Below, one piece after another: positions 20,154-32,822 of a stretch of DNA of 32,828 bases. The stretch is from positions 107,686,747 to 107,719,574 of the forward strand of contig NC_068987.1 of NCBI RefSeq assembly GCF_001194135.2, given 5' to 3'. Under the pieces are notes generated by a model. It saw nothing but the letters and a program-made list of their open reading frames with translations. It made no database searches and was not told where the DNA came from. The position numbers and the translations under genes are program-made. Within the stretch, counting starts at the first letter, position 1. The number at the start of each line of letters is the position of its first letter. This DNA comes from Octopus bimaculoides (lineage: Eukaryota).

Positions 20154-21069
20154 TACGATCAGAATGTTCTTAGAATTCGTAACCTAAAAAAAAAATAGAG
20201 AAATAAAAAGAACCTTCTATACATTAAACAACTGTATAAGTACTTTTGCCCGCAGCTGTATAGTCTTTTGCCTTTTGTTTTTAGTTTATATTAGAGACAC
20301 GTTATATCTACTTTTCGGAGATATATTTTCCGTTTTTTGTTTAGTTGTTCGATACTGCGTTTTATTTCGGTTGTGTAGTGTTTGGGGTTGTTACTGTTCC
20401 TTATAATGTTGTCTATTTCTGAAGTGTAATTGATGTATATTTTATGTTACCAGTGGGATATGTACTTTAGATGCATCTATAACCATTTTCTTTCCCTTTG
20501 ATTTTAATATATACGAACTGAAATACTGTTTTGTTCATTGTGATGATATTGAAAACTGCCAACTGATTTCGTGTCTTGGTTGAACATTTTCTGTGAGCTT
20601 TTGTAAGCATATAAAAGCCTTCGTTTTCTTCATAGACGTGCACCTATTATAACCGATGACGTTACATCAGATATGGCATATGGTTTTCCAAGTAATTGCA
20701 GTTAAGTGCCTGTGGGAATGTTTTATATTTGGCTTCGTGTGGTCTGTATATGTTTTAGTATGGATTGTCTACGTCGCAAAGGATATTAGGTTTTAGCCTT
20801 CTATTACTTGATTATTTGAAAACGATCACGCATATTGGCTGATCGTTCACTTACTTTATTTCGATGACTGAATGAGTGTTAATGGATTTTAGTTTGGTGT
20901 GTAAACTAAAGGGATGATTGTACTTTCTAAGAATAGTAAACGTTTAATCATGTCAGCGAACAAGTCAAGAATTCGAAGTTGGTGTCAGCCATTTCTGTGT
21001 TTATAATAAACCTATATGTATGTGTATATATATATATATATACACGTAAAATAAAAAATATATATATAC

Positions 21070-21305
21070 ATGTCTTTGCGTCTGTGTTTGTTTCCCCATC
21101 AGTATAGCTCGACAACCGATGTTGCTGTGTTTACGTCTCAGTAACTAAGTGGTTCGGCAAAAGAGCGCGATAGAACGAGTACTAACCTTACGAAGATTAA
21201 GTCCTGGGGTCGATTTCTTTGATTAAAAAGGCGTTTCAGGCGGTAGTCCAGCATAGTCGCAGTATAATGACTAAAACACCTGAAAGAATAGAAAAATAAA
21301 AGAAT
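21070..21305 (+). mobile_element. SINE family A, 3' half
   Basis: gacaaccgatgttgctgtgtttacgtc...ggttcggcaaaagag...gtcctggggtcgattt...ccagcat...aatgact. Confidence 0.85.
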
Positions 21306-21348
21306 ATATATTTATATATATGTATATTTTTTGTATGTGTGTGTAAAT

Positions 21349-21423
21349 ATGGTGGCGTGGGTTTTCGCCTTGGCATCCGAAACTCGGAGTCTTATCATGG
21401 CTACCGAATAATTCTCACATATT
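21349..21423 (+). ncRNA. 5'-truncated second copy of the hammerhead-bearing repeat
   Basis: catccGAAACTCGGAGTCttatcatggctaccgaataattctcacatatta aligns without gaps to 8494-8568. GAAA at 21379-21382 and GUC at 21389-21391; CUGANGA is absent. Confidence 0.7.
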
Positions 21424-21436
21424 ATTTACAGATATA

Positions 21437-21587
21437 NNNNNNNNNNNNNNNNNNNNNNNNNNNNNNNNNNNNNNNNNNNNNNNNNNNNNNNNNNNNNNNN
21501 NNNNNNNNNNNNNNNNNNNNNNNNNNNNNNNNNNNNNNNNNNNNNNNNNNNNNNNNNNNNNNNNNNNNNNNNNNNNNNNNNNNNNNN
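21437..21587. other. Assembly gap
   Basis: N-run. Confidence 1.
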
Positions 21588-21633
<46 letters not shown>

Positions 21634-21742
21634 TAAATGTAATGACACGCAAGCTAGGCAAGTCGATTTACACAATATTAAGTACATTTAATAGAAAAAA
21701 AGTATATGTTTATGGATATAAATGATACCAGGAGTTAATTTT

Positions 21743-22195
21743 GTAGACTTTTACAAGTCCAACAACTTGTCATTACATTGACTCATCTACCACCTCGTGT
21801 TCGAATCTCTTAAGGACTTCGACGTCTATTTTATATAGAGAAAACCTGTCTCTAACCTATATACAAAATATATATATGCGCACGTATTAGGTGTGATGTA
21901 CAAAATTGAGTATTGAGAAAAATAGATCGTCAGAATTTTGAGAAAAAATATTTTTGTTCCTTTATTAAAGCGCTTTCGTTTGTTTCTCGATATATAGGTT
22001 AGAGAGAGGTGTCGTCTATATGGAATGGAACATATTTCGATGTGCTCAAGGTATTTGAACTATATATATATAGAGAGAGAGATTAGAGACAGGTGTTCTC
22101 TATATAGAATTCACTTCGAAGTGCTCAAGGGATTTGAATTTGAGCCGGTAGACGAGTAAATGTAAATACAAGTTGTCGAACTCGTAAAATCCTAC
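21743..22195. repeat. Long imperfect inverted repeat (arms about 115 bp) with a third partial copy in the spacer
   Basis: 21743-21862 versus the reverse complement of about 22083-22195; partial copy at 21991-22060. Confidence 0.8.
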
Positions 22196-23734
22196 CCGTG
22201 TAACCTCACATAGACTGTTGAAGATTTCCCCTATTTCTTCCTTCTTTCCCTTTGGACTCTCCTGTTTTTCCTCTTTCCGAACAAGTGTAATGATCGAAAC
22301 GTAAAACAACTACTCACTTCCGTCTCTGAGTGTCATACTAATACATTGCTTGTGCGATGGCCCTACGTTTGTTTTTTTTTTTCAACTGTTATTTTTTAAA
22401 GTTGCCTATATACGTTTGTGTATGTGTATGTGTATGCGTGCGCGCGTTTATATGCATGTATATATGTCTGCATGCGTAATTATTAACCTGATTTATGTTG
22501 TTTCTCTGTATTTTGATAACCATACAGTTACGGTGTTCTGTAGTCTCGTCTTTGTGAGAACTGTATACAGTATGCATGATTTCATGTATATTGTCAAGCG
22601 CCCTCAAATGGGATAGAATTTACCATTATGTAGAAGAATATAGAGATATTTATAAGACTCCGTTATGTTTCTCAAATGTTTTCATAATTATTTGCGACGT
22701 GAATGTATGTCTTATCTAAGATGTAAATAGTTTTGTTCCATAAAGATGTTTTTTGCGTAGTCAGTAACATTGTATTGAAATATTTTTTTTTTTAAATCTG
22801 TCATGTTTACATGCTATATTTTCACTTGTGAAGAATTTTAAAGCGTTATTCTTAGCGGACCTTTGAGATGAAAAAGGTAATAAACTTATCTTATGTTTCT
22901 TTTTAAATATTCTTTAAAAACTTATTTATTTTTTTATATATTTCACTTTTGTTATATTTGTACATGTTGTTGCTTGATTGTGATTATGGGAGTATTTTGG
23001 AAAACATATTTCTATGCGGTTTAGAACTTGTTTCATGCAATGTTGTGATCTTTACCGTTCAGCGTTGGCGTCCACACTTCTTGCCAAAAATACATATATT
23101 TCACTGTGACAAATATCTATCGACTGCCATGAAAATTCCGACCATTCTTTCTGTCATGTCTATTTTATTTTTTGCTGTGATAGTTATGTTCAAGTTTATC
23201 TATTATATTTATCCATTTTAAAAGAGAAGAGCGTTATGTGAAGACGAATATATGGTTGTAATTGCTGCAGGCTAAATGACCATATAGAGATTCCTTTTGC
23301 TGGCTCGTGAATATCATACTGCGAACAATTATGATCGTTAATATCAGAAAATGAATGTATTTCTATGGCATTTCATTTCTCGTCTCACTGATTTAAATTT
23401 TCGTATAACCTGTTACATTCTAAACATATATCAAGATAACTTGTCAGTCGAGTAAAATTCTAAATAGATTAATATAATAACTTATCATTCAAAACCAATT
23501 CTGAAAAGGAAATATACTCAACGAAAACAAATTTTTTTACTCTGTAATTACTGATAAAAATAGTGGGGTTTTTGAAGTTTGTGAGTAACGAGAACGGATA
23601 CTCAGTGTACCAACCAACGTTAAAACACTTTGTTAAAAATAGCTTCGTTTAGCTTGTTGGAGTAAGGAGTTATCGTTATGGAAATATTGGTAGCAGTGCA
23701 CAAAAAATAACTAAAATAAAAGAAATTACCTCCT

Positions 23735-23765
23735 CTCCCTCTCTCTCACTCTCTCGCTCTCTCTT

Positions 23766-23796
<31 letters not shown>

Positions 23797-23865
23797 TTCT
23801 CTCTCTCTCTATCTCTCTCTCTCTCTTTCTCGCTCTCTCTCCTCTCTCTCTCACTCTCTCTCCCT
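23735..23865. repeat. (TC)n-rich tract
   Basis: Direct reading. Confidence 0.9.
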
Positions 23866-25849
23866 CAGTCAATCTCTTGCTGATTGTCCGTCTGCCTCTG
23901 TCTCTGTTTCTCCTTTACTCAGAATTTCCATTAAACTGGCAAAAACTTGCGTTCATATTGTTACAATTACACTGCGTGACGTTCGCTTTCAAATTAGCTC
24001 CTCCTTAATCATATTTTCATATAATCCTTGATTTATTTTCTGCTTGCCACAAAGATCTTACATTTATCGAATCAAAGAAGAAGCGTCTAGATGACTCTTC
24101 GATTAACTTGAAATAGCCGTTAAATGTCTTTCAGTTCATATTTTTTTCCCTTCTAAGAGAATACGCATTAGATAAAGTAAGATTAGATATCATGAAAAAA
24201 GAAAGATATCATCCTCTTGACACGAATGTCATTGACCATAAATATATTGAAACAGAGCTGAACTAGGATTACACATCAAAAATAGCGTTATATATTTCTG
24301 GCCAACAAAGAAGTCCATACAGAAACGTATTGTCAAGTATACAGAGCACGCCAAATGTAACATCCCACCCGAGATACACACATACACAAATGTCACGATA
24401 ATCTCTTTGAAAAATGGCGTAAAAACTACATCAAATGATCCCCTATCTCCCAAACGAACCATTAAATATTTACCGAGTTCTATAAGAATAGAAACATTTT
24501 ATGGCGTTGATAAAATACATACAAGTGACTTCAATGCAATGGAAGCACCAATATTTATAAAATTAGAAAGAAAGAACTGGGATCAGTTCATAAAATTCCA
24601 TTGTCCTTGAGGTTAAAGATATCACCATCTCCTTTAGTATAGAGACCGGATAGAATAATTAACAAATATTTTATAGATTTGATTATATAGAAACAAAATA
24701 ATATAAAGAGAGCTTCGTTGTGCCTATTATAGCATGTGGGTTATAAAATATTTTAGTAAGATGAGAGAGAAGCAAAGTTATGTGTTCATCTCGTTCAACC
24801 GTACTGATTGATTTTTATCCTTTTGAAACCTCTAATTTTCATAGCTTCTGCTACTGAAAAAACCCACGTACTCATAAGTGAAATCAATATTAATATAATT
24901 ATTATATATCTTAGAAAGTCAGTCTCGCTTCTCACAGTTCCTGAACTATTAATGGTCTATGACGGAAAAGAAGAAAAACAAATCACATTCTATGAATACA
25001 TTTTAAACTGAAATTATTAACTATCTGTAAGAAATGTCACGCTTCGCAAAAGGTTTAAATTAATGTAATATATTTGCTTAATGCAGACAATTTAAAATAA
25101 GAATGAAATAGTGCTATACATGATTACTTTTGACTAGAAATTTTAAAACCTTTGTAAAGAGGAAGAACATTTATTAATGCTAAACATGTATATTGTATGC
25201 ACGTTCTCTATTGCTTCATGCTTAAAATCCGAACATGATTACTCAACAATTGATACTCTACTTTGCAATAACTATCCGCCAGAGCGTACGACCTGTTAAA
25301 ATCATTTTTCCGTTTATTCCTTGTTTTCAGAGAATTGACAATTCAACTTGAGTCCTGAATAAAATTAACAAGATGGCTTATGTCCCAATAGATTATAGTT
25401 GATGGCGATGAACTATGAATGATAACTTAACATTATGAGGAATTACTTAAACTATGATTGCTTTAAAATGTCGACGGTTTTCTTTTTGCGCAATATCAAT
25501 TTCTATGAGATTGCTTTTGCATGATCTTATTACGGTGATACAGGCCTAATGATTTTAGTGTATAAAAATCTTAGTGTAGCGATTTTCTATTAATTTGCCT
25601 CTAGGAATTTATATTTGAAGTCCCAACAAGAAGATGGATAAGAAATTGTTTTGTTGCCAAGAATTCTAATTCTCCACAAAAAATCTCATGCAATTTCGTC
25701 TTTAACATACGTAAGTTTATCTCATTATTCATATAAGACCATATTAATATGGTCTCTCATTAGCATTTTAAGATTCTACACAATAGCAGTTTTTCGGATG
25801 AAACCCTATATAAGTACAACGCCAATGTATGAAACAAAAAGAAAACAAA

Positions 25850-26213
25850 AAAAAAGCACTCAGAGAGCGCAAACCTCCGCCAACGTCCTCTCAGGGATTA
25901 GCCAGATATGATTTTTAAAATGAGAATATCTAAAATAAACTCGATTGATCTCACAAACGAGAATACTAAAAATGAACCTGACCGCTCTCTAAGATTAAAT
26001 AAGTATACCGGGAAAATAATCTAGAATCCTTGTCCGGTACCAGGTCGATCTCAAAATCTAAGCAGTTTGTGCCAGTCATGAGGTCAAATATCCTTGAAAG
26101 TTTCATTAGAATCCATCAAGTGGTTCTTGAGATATCTTGTCCACGGAAAGCAAACAAATAAGCAAACACGTCTGAAAAAAGTACCGCTGCCTTCGCTAAG
26201 GTGGAGGTAATAA
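25850..26213 (-). mobile_element. Helentron-associated non-autonomous element (HINE/DINE-like)
   Basis: Minus strand starts tttattacctccacc and ends ttggcggaggtttgcgctctctgagtgc followed by a T-run. Subterminal IRs acctccgcc 25873-25881 / ggtggaggt 26200-26208; 3' hairpin gcgctc-tct-gagtgc; internal tttgcttatttgtttgc and gatggattctaatgaaactt. Confidence 0.75.
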
Positions 26214-27359
26214 ACCACAGATAAAAACAAAGTAATTAAATTTCTTATGTTTAAACCGTTTCATTTTCTTGTGGATAAATAATAAAATCATACTGAAAAA
26301 GAATGTTACTTTAACTTAAATATTTCGCTACATACCTCCAATTTCATATATATACTGTATATATATTCTAATAATTTCAATGTTTACTCTTTCAAAACTA
26401 GCCGTCGTTTTCTGGTCTATTTTGATGCACGTCTTCATCTCATGTTATCCCAGAGCCCTTCAATTTAATCTTCTTCAAAGGCTTTTCTTTCAGTTCTTCC
26501 ATATTCTACATACACCCACTCCTAAGTTCCCTATTCTTTATTGTCTTGCTTCCATTTATATAATTACATACGCTTCGTATCTGTTACATTTGTCGGATGC
26601 TTTGGTTTCAAGTTTTGTGGACAACATTCATCCGATCAGAATAAGTCTTTCCTTATAATGATCTCCTTTATTTATATTTCAAAATCTTCATAATGTTCTG
26701 TTTTTGCACTTATCGTCTGAAGATCATAAACAAGAAACACAGAGTAACGACTTGTGAAATTCCAGTTTCTAATAAAATACGATACATATATATATATAAA
26801 TATGTGTACATATATGGCTGTATACATAAGTGTCTCTGTATATGTGTGTGTGTATACATTTGTATGTACATATGTTCGTATATATTTATAAATATGCATA
26901 CACACACTCACACATATATTCAACAACATATGTGCTTACATTCAAATGTATCTCTATGTATATGCATATAATTGTCATGAATGCTTACATTCCGAAGGCT
27001 GTTTCCGTTTCTAAATGTTAGCAGTTAGTTTTATGAGATGTAAGCATTGCGTTTAATATTTAGTGAAAGGCCATATTGGATCAGAATATTTGTAATTACA
27101 GTGGATCTCAATGAACATATATTGCATATTGCATCATAAAGCACAAACATTGGATCAGAAATCTATTATAACGGAGAGGAGTTCACATAATATTCCATTA
27201 TTCATTCCGCTTGTAACTTCAGTGTCTCTTCGATAACATCTCTGTAGTACTTCTGTTATCTTTGATTCCTCTGGTTGTATAACTCTATCTCGCCCCACCT
27301 CAGGCCTCACCTAGACATAATCACAAACTCTGAAACACACCGGTTGCACATGTGCACTT

Positions 27360-27399
27360 TCACAGTTCTATACACATCTGTATATGTGCGTATAAGTAC

Positions 27400-27434
<35 letters not shown>

Positions 27435-27497
27435 AATATAAATGTGTGTGCCTATATGACTATACGTGCAAACACACACACACACACACACACACAC

Positions 27498-27574
<77 letters not shown>

Positions 27575-27720
27575 TACTCACATATATTTATACATATACA
27601 TACGCACACGCGCACACATGAATACACACACAAACATGTACATATATATGCATATATATATATATATATATATATACAGAAGTGCATATGCACATATATA
27701 GACGTGTATATATTACATAC
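27360..27720. repeat. Compound (TA)n/(CA)n microsatellite field
   Basis: Direct reading; source of the YIYI/HTHT ORFs. Confidence 0.95.
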
Positions 27721-29466
27721 GCAAACACGGGCGTACATCGACACTATATGCTTTTGTGAGTGTGTGTTTGTGCCTGTGTGTCTATGTAGTATACACATTG
27801 ACGCATTAACACACATATATCTATATACATATACAAGGTTGATTCTATATATTCAGTGCATCTGTGTGCAAGCGTTTGCGTTCGAAATGCCTAATGCACT
27901 AAATCACAGATGCAGATATAAGTGTGTCCGCAAAATTGCACATACAGATCTAAGTGCACGTAAAAGTGTATGTGTGTATTAATGCGGTTATCTGCTTGCT
28001 TGTGTGTCTTTGTGTTTAACTACCTGCACACGATGCTAGAAATCAGCCATAATTAAATTTACGACATTCAGTGGAACCATACACTTTAATTGTCTGTAAA
28101 ATCAGCTCAAGATTTCCAAAAGAAATTCTACGTATGATACGATACCTTTCGCGAAGAAACTGATCCTATTGAAAAATCTATACTGAAGCAACTCTTTCTG
28201 GTTGTTCTTGGTGTATTGCCTGGATCAACCCTGATCTAGTAGACTTATGGTCGACGTTTGTGCATCGTTCTCTTTTCATATTTTTTTTCTTTTTTTCTGA
28301 AAATTAAATTTATCGATCACAGTGGGGTTATCGTCGACGTAGAACAGAAAATTAGGAATTTCTCTAAGATATTATACCGTTTTATAATTGGCGTAGAGTA
28401 TTTTGCGCTATAAAAACAAAAGTAGTATTACACAAAGAGACACAGGGGATTTCGGAAGAAAATGTTCAAATTAACAGGCCGACAGAAAAGTATAATATTG
28501 GGAAAAAATGGATTTTCAAAATATGATAAAGACAGAAGGATATCTTCTCATTAATAAATGATTTCAGTGATGGGCTAAAATTTCACGAATATTTGTACGA
28601 GGGGTGTGTTTTATAACTGCTAATCTAACTGTTGTGTTCTAAGACTATTGATATCAGTAGATAGAAAATGTTGCTACGTATTTTAAAATGTCTTGCAGCT
28701 AAGTTGATAGAGCCCCCCCCCCACCATACATAAACGCACACGCTGCTCGTAGGTCTGTCATTCGTTTAAACATGTCTAGTTATGAACATCATTAGTATGT
28801 ATGAAATCAAAGCGTGTAGTTACCATTCATTTCATTTATAAGCTTCAGAAATTTTCTGGTCGAATGTTGTCTTACTGACATAACACACACACACACACGC
28901 ACACACACGCACAAACACACACACACACAGAGGCGCACAAACACATATGCATATATATATATATATATATATATATGTATTTATATAAATATATATATAT
29001 ATATTATTCATTTAAAGGTCATAGTACATATATTAAAGCGCTACTAATAGTTTCATACGTTGAGAAAACTGAAAAACACATTCTTCAGGTGCAAACCACA
29101 TGTCAAAACGAACTAAAGAATTGAATAATAGAAGAAAGACCAAGAAAGAAAAACAAATGGGGAAACATGTAGAAAACACAGAAAGTGAACAACGGGAAAC
29201 GAAAAACGGAAGACACAAAAACTAAAATTTAAAGTAAAAAGGTAAAAGGGCTAGCCTCCTTGGGTATTCCCAACATATAAAATTATTAGTAGCGCTTTAA
29301 TACATGTATTGTGACCTTTAAATAAATAATATTTATCTCTAACCAGATGGTGTCCGTTTTTGTTGAATTTTCGATCGCGGAACACACACATATATATATA
29401 CACATATATATGCATGCATGTATGTATGTATGTATGTATGTATGTATGTATGTATGTATGTATATA

Positions 29467-29825
29467 NNNNNNNNNNNNNNNNNNNNNNNNNNNNNNNNNN
29501 NNNNNNNNNNNNNNNNNNNNNNNNNNNNNNNNNNNNNNNNNNNNNNNNNNNNNNNNNNNNNNNNNNNNNNNNNNNNNNNNNNNNNNNNNNNNNNNNNNNN
29601 NNNNNNNNNNNNNNNNNNNNNNNNNNNNNNNNNNNNNNNNNNNNNNNNNNNNNNNNNNNNNNNNNNNNNNNNNNNNNNNNNNNNNNNNNNNNNNNNNNNN
29701 NNNNNNNNNNNNNNNNNNNNNNNNNNNNNNNNNNNNNNNNNNNNNNNNNNNNNNNNNNNNNNNNNNNNNNNNNNNNNNNNNNNNNNNNNNNNNNNNNNNN
29801 NNNNNNNNNNNNNNNNNNNNNNNNN
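29467..29825. other. Assembly gap
   Basis: N-run flanked by (TATG)n and (TA)n. Confidence 1.
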
Positions 29826-29949
29826 TATATATATATATATATTGCGAGATTATTATCAAGTAGTTCAAACTAACAAATACACCCTGCCATAGCAAACTCC
29901 TTCCATCACACTTCGGAATCTTTAGTTGTTTTAAAGTTACAAATTTATG

Positions 29950-30760
29950 TGATCAGTCAGCATTGAGATATTCTGCTCACTTTCTAAAATGGGTGAAAGA
30001 AAAACTAGGAAGCTACTCACAATGCACAATGCACAACACTCTAGAAATGATACCACTAGACTCTACCTACTTGGAAAGGAAGGAGACAGATGATTAATAA
30101 ATGCAGAAAACACCGTCAGTACTGCGATATTGGGTTTCAAAATTTATATTGTATGGAGTGAAGAAAATACCTCCGGCCGCTTGAGATATCGAAAAAGTAA
30201 CTGAAGCAGTAGGTGAGTTCAAAAGTGAAGGAATAACAAGAGAGCAAGCAAATAGAATGTAATAGAATAACAGACCAATTCATGCAGAAAATAGTGAACG
30301 TTGGAAGTACATAACGCTGGTTCTTGCTGGCCGACGGGAATTAAAAACCAGAACCGAAACTCTAATATAACTGCTCAGGCACAAGCCATTAAGAATTAAG
30401 ACACATTTGATAAGGATGAAGATGAAGAACTCTTAGTCAAACGGCACATAAAGAATCTCCAGGAAAGAAGACAAAAGTATCAATATCTTTTCAGTGAGTG
30501 CAGCAAGGTAGCATGAAAAGCGTATAAGCAAAGTGATGACTGTGTAAATGAAATAATGAAATAATGCATTGACTGGTCGGGCGATTGTGTGGCTTCCACA
30601 TAACAAGAAAGTCGTGTGAACACAAAGCAGAGGTTTCTTTTTTACGGAGAATGATGTTATGAGACTTCACCAAAAAACTAACTATACTATGGAAACAGGG
30701 AGAATAGGTGAGACTACAGAGAAAAACATGAACAGATAGTGTAAGATCATAGACTTAAAA
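29950..30760 (+). mobile_element. Decayed R4/Dong-clade (RLE) non-LTR retrotransposon, post-RT/zinc-finger region
   Basis: Translates SALRYSAHFLKW, then ERKTRKLLTMHNAQHSRNDTTRLYLLGKEGDR*LINAE, RRELKTRTETLI, YLFSECSKVA*KAYKQSDDCV and RKSCEHKAE. These match the KTRKLLTM..HP..D..RLYLPRKEGGRGL and ECSKLAQ.EYK.RHD motifs of R4-type elements; multiple stops and frameshifts. Confidence 0.8.
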
Positions 30761-30993
30761 TTTCTCTATGATAACAAAAAACGATACTTCAGAAACTGAC
30801 AAAATCGAAAAATATCGGATTATAGAGAGAGAGAGAGAGCAGAAGAGAATATGGTAGACTGTGATCAAATTTATTTCCCTAGTAATTTGTGCACTTCGTA
30901 CAACATCAAGAGTGCTATCTAGACTGACGAAGCTCTTTGAAATTTGAGGAAACCATTTTTCACCAAGACTCAAGATAATATTCCTGCAAATTA

Positions 30994-31047
<54 letters not shown>

Positions 31048-31059
31048 CAGTAGTAGTAA
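30994..31059. repeat. (AGT)n microsatellite
   Basis: Direct reading. Confidence 0.95.
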
Positions 31060-31374
31060 TTTATAGCTTACTAGTTTACATACATATACGCATGTATGTA
31101 TATGCGTGTGCGCGTGTGTGTGTATGCATATGCATGTATGCGGGAGTGTGAATGTGTCTGTATTTCCTGTTTGTTCTAAATAATAACATATATAAATAAT
31201 CCTCTATTTATCAACTATCGAAGTCTCATTCTTTTGTTGTTACTTCATTATTATTATTAATAATATGGTATTGATATATTAATCTTTTAATTCGTTTTTG
31301 CATTGCTTACAACATTCTTGAGGAGAACTCGTGTAATTGGCATAATGACGCACCAACGACACAAGTTTTATCTT

Positions 31375-31700
31375 TAGCTTTTAATCCGTTCAGTCATGAA
31401 GTTATGGCTATGCAGCAACACCCCCTCCAAAGGTTTGTGTCGAAAGAATCAACACCAGTAATTATTTTGAAGGCTGGTACTTATTTGCCGAACTGCTATG
31501 TTTCAGTGTGCAGAAACGTCAACACAGATCGTGAATCCGTAGTGGGAAACAAGCACAGTTACAGAGACACAGTTTGAGATATATTTGTGAATGTATATGT
31601 GTGTGTGTTTGCGAGTGTATAATACATGCTTAACATGTACATACATATGTAGGACGGGCTTCTATCAGTTTCCATCAACAAACTTTATTATAAGTTATGC
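31375..31700 (-). mobile_element. SINE family A, heavily degraded
   Basis: ttcagtcat...ggctatgc, gtacttatttgccgaac and gacgggcttctatcagtttcc are reverse complements of family A motifs. Confidence 0.65.
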
Positions 31701-32404
31701 ATATATAGAAAGGTTATTAATAATAACATTCACAAGGAATATTGTTGTTTTCAAATATTTAACTAATTATCATGGTGCATGTTTATTTTTGCATAAAACT
31801 GTATAGGAATAAATGCATTTATATATATGTATTCACACACATACATCTATACATGTCTACATATACCTATATACTGAAAGAAATAGAAAGTGAGAGAGAG
31901 AATGAGAGAAAGTGATGCTTACAAGCCTATATATACGTGAGTGCAAGTGCCTTATGAAATATGACAAAATTTACAAATTTGCATGGTTTTAAACTTGATG
32001 AATATCAGAAAAAATCATGTTCAGTATAATTCAAATATGCAAGCATTATACATAACATTCTTAAACCTTATATAATTGCATATACAGAAACATGCATACA
32101 AGCATACATTTTATGAACATATGCATACATACATACATGGGGACATACATAAATATATGCATGCATATATTTACAAACGGACATAAGTATGCAAACTTAG
32201 ATAGATGCATCCCAGAGGTCACGTACGCACACACGTACACACACATACACACGCACACACTCATACACACCACACACACATTTGAATTATACGATAATTA
32301 TATGAAATATAATTCATATAATACTTGAGTATTATAGGAAACGTGATTCACAAGTTTAATTAAATGCATAGGTTATGACGCAAAATCTGTATATACATAC
32401 TTGT

Positions 32405-32665
32405 GTGTGAAGGCACGTGGGTCGATATTTACGGTATTCGGCTCCCGATCGCGAAGTCGTAATTTCAATTCCTGGCGACGCGTTGTGTCCCTGTGCAAGA
32501 CACTTTATTTCACCTTCTCCAGTGGACTCAGCTGACAAAACTGGGTAGTACCTGTATTTGAAGTGGCCAGAAAGTCACACTGTGTGTCACACTGACTCTC
32601 CTTGAGAACTACGAGCAGGTTGTTCCGTTGATAGATTCAAATGGAACCCTTGTTGTTGCAGTCGA
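32405..32665 (+). mobile_element. tRNA-derived SINE family B (second tail type)
   Basis: gaaggcacgtgg head, atttcaattcctgg B-box-like, CORE-like ttgtgtccctgtgcaagacactttatttcac, tail gtagtacctgtattt...gagaactacg...ggaaccct. Confidence 0.8.
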
Positions 32666-32669
32666 CTGA

Positions 32670-32822
32670 GTGTCAGTATAGAGGTTCGGTAAAAGAGACG
32701 ATAAATCAAATACCAAGCTTAGAAAGAATAAGTACAGTGTTCGACATCTTCGATTAAAAGATCGTGTTCCAGCGTGGTCAAAATGACTGAAACAAGTAAA
32801 AGAATCAAAGAATAAAAGAATA
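32670..32822 (+). mobile_element. SINE family A 3' tail directly fused to the preceding SINE
   Basis: ggttcggtaaaagagac...gttccagcgtgg...aatgactgaaacaagtaaaagaa. Confidence 0.8.

Noticed and set aside
24229-24481. Hydrophobic minus-strand ORF suggestive of GPCR helices
   Set aside because: No diagnostic motif; plausibly the antisense shadow of the plus-strand frame.
27360-27982. ORFs rich in YIYI/HTHT/CVCV (also 190-486, 7950-8432, 26672-27021, 32061-32328)
   Set aside because: Translations of dinucleotide and tetranucleotide microsatellites.
30924-30945. CTGACGA-agctcttt-GAAA hammerhead-like spacing
   Set aside because: No credible stems I or III; similarly CTGATGA at 9428 and 20097 have no partner GAAA or stems.
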